From Candidatus Staskawiczbacteria bacterium RIFOXYD1_FULL_32_13 (GTDB lineage: Bacteria > Patescibacteriota > Minisyncoccia > Minisyncoccales > Staskawiczbacteraceae), in the NCBI GenBank assembly GCA_001820485.1, contig MHPU01000026.1, positions 17,873-64,693 of the forward strand: a DNA stretch of 46,821 bases, in the 5' to 3' direction. This document shows, in pieces, positions 40,916-46,821 of this stretch. The notes under the pieces were generated by a model that saw only the letters and a program-made list of their open reading frames with translations, searched no databases and was not told the DNA's origin. Numbering within the stretch: position 1 is the stretch's first letter; each line of letters begins with the position of its first letter. A program made the translations under genes and the position numbers.

Positions 40916-42289
40916 TTAAATATTTTCTAAAATTTCTGCCATTGCAGAATTTGCTAAATCTTTTCTTTTTATAATTCTTGGATCTGAAGTTTGATTGTCC
41001 TGTCTATCGTCTACAAATTCTCTTGCAAGACCCAAAGCATTCATATTCAGCAAAGAATGTGTTCCACCAACAACTTCATTAAGTTCTGGTATTGTGGCGT
41101 CTGGATTATCAGCTTGCTTTAATTTTGCGATATCCCTCATAACTTTTTCTGTTAAAGGAAGGTTTGTAACAGTACTTGATCTACCGACCCACCACTGAAA
41201 ATTACCACCAACTTCTATTTTACTTAACTGCTCTGCAGTAAACTGCTTTTCTGCTAATATTTTTACAGTTTCCCATGCTAATTTTTTGCCTTCATCTGTA
41301 TTTTCTGCTTTATTAGTTTCACCACCCTGTCTTAAAACCTTTATTCCAGCTTCAGGAGAAGTCATTACTTTTGTAAGTGCATCAACTCCAAAATCCTTTG
41401 CCAAGCCCACAAGTCCTTTTTCGTCCAATCCCAATGGTTCTATTACTATTAAATCATTCAACGAGCCTTCAAATTCTGAATCTTTTGATATATCAATTGC
41501 AGCTTCAAGAGCAATACCAGCTCCAGCTGAATACCCCATAAGATTAAAACTTTTCTCCAAACCAAGTTGTTTTATCAGTTCCTTAGTTATTCTTGCATGT
41601 GGCTCAAAATTACCATTTTTGCTTAAAATCTCTGCTAAATTTTCTGGTTTTTTAACTTGTTCTTGCTCTAAGTGCATTGGTACATAAATTTTTTGTCCAG
41701 CCAAAGCCATAGACATTGCTGCACATCCATTCATTTGAGCGTTTGATCTTATACCACCCCAAAAAACATAAGGCACTCTGTCGTCTTTTTCAGATTCCTT
41801 GCCCACTGGATCTTGCTCATATTCTGATTTTTTTCTTAAATCTAAAACAGTAACTGGAATAGAAAATTTACCATCTTCTGTCTCTACCTCAACTACCTCT
41901 ACATTTTCTTGCATTTGTTTTTCCAGCTCATCAAGATTTCTTTCCATTTGTTTTGCCCTACTGCGAATTTCTTTTAATAATTCTTTTTTACTGGTTGTGT
42001 TTTCTCCTCTTTTTTCAGCATCTTTTATTTCTTTTCTTAAAATTCTATAAGCTTTAAATATTTGTCCTCTTTCAAAACGAGTAGATTCACCTCTTTCTGC
42101 ACCTCCAGCACTTTTTCTATTTTCCAAATGTTCTTTTGTAGGTTTTTTAGTTTGATATTCAGCAACTAGTTTTTCTCCAAGCGACTTACGCAAAAAAACT
42201 TGCTCTAACTCCTGAGCCTCTTTTTGCCTTTGCAAAATTTCCTCCTCTGACTCTATATCTCGATCCCCAAAACCACTTTCTATGCTCAT
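40916..42289 (-). CDS. Alpha/beta-hydrolase-fold protein with N-terminal coiled-coil region
   Basis: Nucleophile elbow GYSAGAG (GxSxG). Charged coiled-coil N-terminal third. Confidence 0.45.
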   Translation of the reverse strand: MSIESGFGDRDIESEEEILQRQKEAQELEQVFLRKSLGEKLVAEYQTKKPTKEHLENRKSAGGAERGESTRFERGQIFKAYRILRKEIKDAEKRGENTTSKKELLKEIRSRAKQMERNLDELEKQMQENVEVVEVETEDGKFSIPVTVLDLRKKSEYEQDPVGKESEKDDRVPYVFWGGIRSNAQMNGCAAMSMALAGQKIYVPMHLEQEQVKKPENLAEILSKNGNFEPHARITKELIKQLGLEKSFNLMGYSAGAGIALEAAIDISKDSEFEGSLNDLIVIEPLGLDEKGLVGLAKDFGVDALTKVMTSPEAGIKVLRQGGETNKAENTDEGKKLAWETVKILAEKQFTAEQLSKIEVGGNFQWWVGRSSTVTNLPLTEKVMRDIAKLKQADNPDATIPELNEVVGGTHSLLNMNALGLAREFVDDRQDNQTSDPRIIKRKDLANSAMAEILENI

Positions 42290-42313
42290 ATTTTAAAAAT
42301 AATTAATAATATT

Positions 42314-43348
42314 TTATTTAAATAAGGTTTTGGCTTCGTTCCATATTTCTGGCCTATCTTGAGTTTCGCGCATCCAATACCACCACTCTACTCCCCACAA
42401 ATAATGAGAGCTTAAACCAGAATTTTTGGCATATTCAATATTTTTTTTAAATTGTTCTAAATTCATAGTTTTTTCTTGCTCTGCAATGTCTACATCATAA
42501 AATGGCTTATGCGCCCAAGGCTCTGCTTGTAATTCAACCCCAATAACTTCTTTGCCAAATAAAGTTTTTATAATTTGAGCTTTTCTATAGTAAAATACTG
42601 GAGGAAATGGATAAGAACTATAAAATCCTGGGTTTTTTATAGGAAAGCCAAAGCTTGAAATATTTACCCAAGCTTTTCTATACATTGTTGTACCTACAAC
42701 ATCACCAATTTTCCCTGCATTAATCCACCAATTTAATTCACCTGAATCAGAAATCATAATTTGTCTTGAAGAGTCAAGTGATTTTACCAATTCCACTTCT
42801 TTTTTTAATAATTCTTTATCATTATAATACCAATTTGGACATTCTCCAAATTTAAGCAATGGCTCATTCTCTACTTGCCAATAAGATATTGCTTTTGAAT
42901 TTTTATATCGCAAAACAACTTCTTTTATATATTTTAGCAATTCTTCCTTCTGTTTTTCTATAGACAAATTGCTCGCCCATTTTGGATCATGACATTCTGG
43001 CCATCTACCAGTTTTCATTCCTAAAACAAAAATAATTTTAACATTATTTTCTTCTGCTGTCTCTATTTGCCAATCAATGTCATCAAAGAAATATTCCCCT
43101 TGTTTCCCTTCAACAAAATCCCATTGAGTGTGAATTTTAATATTTTTTACGCCCAAGTCTTTTATTAAAGCTAAATAATTTTCTTGCCAATTAAGTTTTA
43201 ATGCCTCAGACTGCATTTGTGAAAAATCAACTCCCCAAGTAATATTATTTTGCCTTGGCGCAGAACCAACAAAAAAATAACAAAAAACAACCAAAACAAT
43301 AACAACGATTACACCTAAAATTATTATAATCATTTTTTTAATTTTCAT
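42314..43348 (-). CDS. Membrane-anchored glycoside hydrolase (clan GH-A TIM-barrel-like)
   Basis: N-terminal TM segment. WQVENEP (NEP acid/base motif) and a later E in VIGVELQAEPW. Confidence 0.55.
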   Translation of the reverse strand: MKIKKMIIIILGVIVVIVLVVFCYFFVGSAPRQNNITWGVDFSQMQSEALKLNWQENYLALIKDLGVKNIKIHTQWDFVEGKQGEYFFDDIDWQIETAEENNVKIIFVLGMKTGRWPECHDPKWASNLSIEKQKEELLKYIKEVVLRYKNSKAISYWQVENEPLLKFGECPNWYYNDKELLKKEVELVKSLDSSRQIMISDSGELNWWINAGKIGDVVGTTMYRKAWVNISSFGFPIKNPGFYSSYPFPPVFYYRKAQIIKTLFGKEVIGVELQAEPWAHKPFYDVDIAEQEKTMNLEQFKKNIEYAKNSGLSSHYLWGVEWWYWMRETQDRPEIWNEAKTLFK

Positions 43349-44370
43349 TTTAATTTAACTAAATTTTTAATAAAATACTCTGATGATTTTTCCCATGAAA
43401 AGTTTAAAGCATACTCTCTACATTTTGTACAATCTATTTCAAGACATTCCATAGATGCTTTTTTTAAATCTTTATCTAATACTCCAATATCTTTTGTAAC
43501 TAAAACATCTAAATCCATAACATTATGCCCTGCGACAGGAAGAGAGCAGGCAAGAGCTTCCACAATAGCTAGGGGAAATACATCAGTCAAAGAAGGAAAT
43601 ACAAAAACATCACAAACAGACAGAAAATCAACTAATTCCTGTCCCATTTTATATCCAACGAAAATGTTTATTTCGCCATATCTTTTCTCTAAATTTTTCC
43701 TAATTGGACCATCACCAATAACTAATTTTGTACCAGGTAAATCCAACCTTAAAAACTCCTCAACATTTTTTTCTTTTGCAATTCTACCAAAATATACAAA
43801 AATTGGCGAGGCAAAATTATATCTTTCTTTTATGTCTGAATTAATATTTTTTACAAATAAATCTGTATCAACTCCAAGTGGCCACAAAAATACATTCTTA
43901 AAACCCCTATTTTCAAAATTTTTCTTTAAATTTTCAGTGATTGCCATAACTGCATTACTTTTGTTGTGAAACCAACGTAAATATATAAAAATTAAATCAG
44001 AAAAAATTTTGATATTTACTCTTAAATAATGTTTAATATAAATTTGAAAATTAGTATGTTGAGAAGTAGTAAACTTTAATTTGTTTTTTAAGCATACAGA
44101 TCTAGTTGCTAGACCAATTGATCCTTCAGTAAAAATATGAATATAATCAGGATTCTCAATTTCAATTATTTTTTTTATTTTACTTTTGCAAAAAAGAGAA
44201 ATTTTAATTTCTGGATAAAATGGAGTAGGCATAGAAAAATATAATCCAGGATGTAATACAACAACTTCAAATCCCCTTTTTTCAAGATGCTCCTTCATTT
44301 TTTCAACACATTTTACAACGCCATTAACTTGCGGAAACCACGCATCTGTAGCTAAAATAATCTTAGACAT
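43345..44370 (-). CDS. Glycosyltransferase family 4 (GT-B)
   Basis: C-terminal FPSLTDVFPLAIVEALACSLPV (E-x7-E type motif). N-terminal DAWFPQVNGV. Confidence 0.75.
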   Translation of the reverse strand: MSKIILATDAWFPQVNGVVKCVEKMKEHLEKRGFEVVVLHPGLYFSMPTPFYPEIKISLFCKSKIKKIIEIENPDYIHIFTEGSIGLATRSVCLKNKLKFTTSQHTNFQIYIKHYLRVNIKIFSDLIFIYLRWFHNKSNAVMAITENLKKNFENRGFKNVFLWPLGVDTDLFVKNINSDIKERYNFASPIFVYFGRIAKEKNVEEFLRLDLPGTKLVIGDGPIRKNLEKRYGEINIFVGYKMGQELVDFLSVCDVFVFPSLTDVFPLAIVEALACSLPVAGHNVMDLDVLVTKDIGVLDKDLKKASMECLEIDCTKCREYALNFSWEKSSEYFIKNLVKLK

Positions 44371-44395
44371 TTTTATATTTTAAATATTTATATTT

Positions 44396-45322
44396 TTAAA
44401 TTTTTTTCTTAAACCAGTTTATAGTTTTTGCCAAACCACTTTTAAAATCATATTTTGGTTGCCAACTAAAAGTAGTTTTTATTTTAGAGAAATCCAAACA
44501 GCTTCTTTGAAGCTCGCCAATATTTTCCGGACCATGAATTTCTTTACATTCAGAATTTGTTGATTTTTTAATTTCTGAAAAAATAAAATTTACATCTGTT
44601 TCTACTCCGGTTCCTACATTAAAAATTCCTGTTTTGCTACTTTCCATTGCCATCTTGCAAGCCAAAACAACATCATCTACAAAAACATAATCTCTGGTTT
44701 GTCCTCCAGAGCCGTTAATAACCACTTCCTTTTTTGCTAGCATCTTATCAGTAAAAATTGCCACAACACCAGCTTCTCCTTTTGGATTTTGCCTTGGTCC
44801 GTAAACATTAGCCAATCTTAAAACCACAAAATTTAAACCAAAAGATTTAAAATAATAATTCAAATACTTTTCCACAGATAATTTAGCAATTCCATATGGA
44901 GATTCAGGAATTTCAGGCGAATTTTCAGAAGTTGGTATAATTTTAGCATCTCCATAAATTGTTCCACCAGATGAAGAAAATATAACTTTTTTAACATTGA
45001 AATTTCTGCAATTCTCTAAAATATTCAAACTTCCCAAAATATTTGTTTTAGCATCAGCAATTGGGTCTTTAACAGAGTCTCTTACATTTATTTGAGCAGC
45101 TAAATGGAAAACAATATCTATATTTTCTTTCGCAAAAACTTTAACAATTTTTGCATCACAAATATCCATCTTATAAAACTTAATCCTTTTATCCAAATTC
45201 TTTTTACTACCAGATGACAAATTATCAATCACAATCACATTATGACTTAATTCCAATAATTTATCTGCCAAATTACTTCCAATAAAACCTGCTCCACCTG
45301 TAATTAAAATATTTTGCTTCAT
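44396..45322 (-). CDS. NAD-dependent sugar-nucleotide epimerase/dehydratase (GalE-like SDR)
   Basis: GGAGFIGSN Rossmann motif and catalytic YGIAK (YxxxK). Confidence 0.85.
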   Translation of the reverse strand: MKQNILITGGAGFIGSNLADKLLELSHNVIVIDNLSSGSKKNLDKRIKFYKMDICDAKIVKVFAKENIDIVFHLAAQINVRDSVKDPIADAKTNILGSLNILENCRNFNVKKVIFSSSGGTIYGDAKIIPTSENSPEIPESPYGIAKLSVEKYLNYYFKSFGLNFVVLRLANVYGPRQNPKGEAGVVAIFTDKMLAKKEVVINGSGGQTRDYVFVDDVVLACKMAMESSKTGIFNVGTGVETDVNFIFSEIKKSTNSECKEIHGPENIGELQRSCLDFSKIKTTFSWQPKYDFKSGLAKTINWFKKKI

Positions 45323-45323
45323 A

Positions 45324-46670
45324 TTATTTACTAGTTTTTAGTTTATTTTTTCCTGTAATTATATTTTCTATGTTAAAAACCCCTTTTTTTTCTATTTCCA
45401 CAAAACCTTGCATTGCCATTTCTGCAAAATCACCGGCATTTAACAAATCAAATAACCATTCTGCTGTATATTTTGGATTTTCTTGCGCAGTTCCAGCTCC
45501 AATATGCAAAAGCCATTTTTTATTGAAGTCTTCTTGTGATCCTATTGTTGGAGCAATAATAATTGGAATTCCAAAACCAGCATAAAAAGACAACTCAGAA
45601 GGTTTTGTCCATAAAATATCTGTTTTTCTTAAAGCTAAATTAAATTTTTTAAAATATTCAATAATATTCTCTGCTGATAAAATCTGGACAAAGCCATCTA
45701 ATTTTAATCCCGCCACTTCATTTTCATAATATTTTTTTAATTCTTTTCTAATGCCAACAGAAATAATAATTTTTATTTCTTTTGCTTTAATTTTTTCTTT
45801 TAAACTATTAATTGCTTGAAGTCCTATTTCTTTCTGAGCCCCTGCTCCACCAACAGAAAATAAAATAGTTAATGGATGGTCTGATTTTTCAGGAAGTTTT
45901 CCCAAAAAATCTTTAATTAAAGGAGCATATATTTTTCTGTATTTACCCATTGGATCTAAATTTAAAAGACGAAAGGCCATGTCCGTTTTTACAATTTCTA
46001 ATTTTTCTGTGCCTAAATTTTCTTTTGGTAATGGATAACCAGATAAAAAAATATTTTCGGACTTTACCCCATAAAGTTTTAATCTGTCTCTTACCCAAGT
46101 ACAAGGTGCAAAATATTTAATTCTACTCATTTCAGGATTTAAAGGCACCCAAGCTCTGTTTGCATCTGCATCACAAACAACACAATAAATATCTTCCAAA
46201 TAATTAAAAGACTCTGCCATAAAAGCTGGTGTGAAAAAAGTTGAAACTATTGGTAAAGGATCTTGCTGAAATCTTTTTATCAAATCCTTGCCCCATCCCC
46301 TACTGATAAGATAAAAGTTGCTTTTTACTCCAAAACTTGGACCTGACAAATCTCTTTTTGGATAATAATTTAATATTTTTTGAAATTTGTCCAAAAATCC
46401 AAAAATAAATTCTCCAATAAAAGGAATTTTTTTAAATCTTGAAATAAACTCATAAATGATTCTGGTTCTTTGCCAAATATTTCTATCTTTTTTGGGAATA
46501 CCTTCGTAATGATTAGCATTTATAACTCTTTCATTTGGAGCTAAATCTCTTAAAGGAAAAGCTGTTCTTTGATGTCCATAGCCCATATCAGCTGACACAA
46601 TCCAAGCTTTTGAACCTATTTTATTTATTTTTTGTTCTTTTATTTTTTGTTCTTTTATTTTTTTTATCAT
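45324..46670 (-). CDS. GT-B glycosyltransferase (MGDG-synthase/UgtP-like, tentative)
   Basis: WIVSADMGYGHQRTA resembles the N-terminal motif of GT28/MGDG-synthase-like enzymes. The N-terminus has a duplicated KEQKI. Confidence 0.45.
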   Translation of the reverse strand: MIKKIKEQKIKEQKINKIGSKAWIVSADMGYGHQRTAFPLRDLAPNERVINANHYEGIPKKDRNIWQRTRIIYEFISRFKKIPFIGEFIFGFLDKFQKILNYYPKRDLSGPSFGVKSNFYLISRGWGKDLIKRFQQDPLPIVSTFFTPAFMAESFNYLEDIYCVVCDADANRAWVPLNPEMSRIKYFAPCTWVRDRLKLYGVKSENIFLSGYPLPKENLGTEKLEIVKTDMAFRLLNLDPMGKYRKIYAPLIKDFLGKLPEKSDHPLTILFSVGGAGAQKEIGLQAINSLKEKIKAKEIKIIISVGIRKELKKYYENEVAGLKLDGFVQILSAENIIEYFKKFNLALRKTDILWTKPSELSFYAGFGIPIIIAPTIGSQEDFNKKWLLHIGAGTAQENPKYTAEWLFDLLNAGDFAEMAMQGFVEIEKKGVFNIENIITGKNKLKTSK

Positions 46671-46714
46671 ACCTTATTATACTATTTTTTTTAATTTTTT
46701 GTAATACCTAAATA

Positions 46715-46821
46715 CTAATAACTCCAGCTTAAGTCGCCTTTATCAGTAGTGATTTTTAAAATCTTTAAACCTTTTTCAATTTTTAAAATTCTAATTAAAA
46801 TGTCTTTACCTGTTATTTTTG
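46715..46821 (-). CDS. C-terminal fragment of an unidentified protein (gene starts beyond the window)
   Basis: Open minus-strand frame ...KITGKDILIRILKIEKGLKILKITTDKGDLSWSY, stop at 46715-46717. Confidence 0.3.
   Translation of the reverse strand, partial: KITGKDILIRILKIEKGLKILKITTDKGDLSWSY

Noticed and set aside
46626-46655. 15-bp tandem duplication (TATTTTTTGTTCTTT x2) giving KEQKIKEQKI at the N-terminus of the 448-aa glycosyltransferase.
   Set aside because: It is a simple slippage duplication in a low-complexity AT tract at a likely disordered N-terminus. The true start may even lie downstream.

Overview
This is a visibly AT-rich, gene-dense 46.8-kb window with almost all genes on the minus strand. 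The content looks like a reduced-genome Patescibacteria/CPR-type bacterium, which is an inference from gene content. It holds a nucleotide-salvage cluster (tmk, P-loop kinase, HAD, Nudix-like, dCMP deaminase), dnaX, an ftsW/rodA-family gene and ligA. It also has a complete type IV pilus locus (3 minor pilins, pilD, pilA, pilC, pilT, pilB, pilMNO-like) plus comF, a D-2-hydroxyacid dehydrogenase, an HtrA protease and envelope glycosylation genes. The clearly accessory segment is about 31.0-38.8 kb, bracketed by tRNA-Arg and tRNA-Ser(GCU). It carries four things: (1) a ThsB-like TIR protein in an operon with a 133-aa 3-TM protein, a candidate minimal Thoeris-like defence pair with no canonical ThsA; (2) a 957-bp nested palindrome with 22-bp hairpin iterons; (3) a plus-strand plasmid/phage-like module (AbrB-like, winged-helix, SpoVG-like, HTH Rep-like); (4) a large serine recombinase whose ORF ends inside the tRNA-Ser gene. 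A degenerate copy of the tRNA 3' end lies at the far edge of the island. Other oddities are listed as findings: short GC-rich hairpins inserted in frame into ligA, comF and a beta-CA-like gene; a GC-rich compositional island (29.0-29.8 kb) with two self-contained small-ORF units; two orphan plus-strand sRNA-like units with near-consensus promoters and intrinsic terminators; two ~560-aa Cys-rich paralogs flanking comF; and a duplicated operator-like element around an ArsR-type regulator. I saw no rRNA and no CRISPR array. All calls come from reading the sequence and recalled family motifs; no searches were run.
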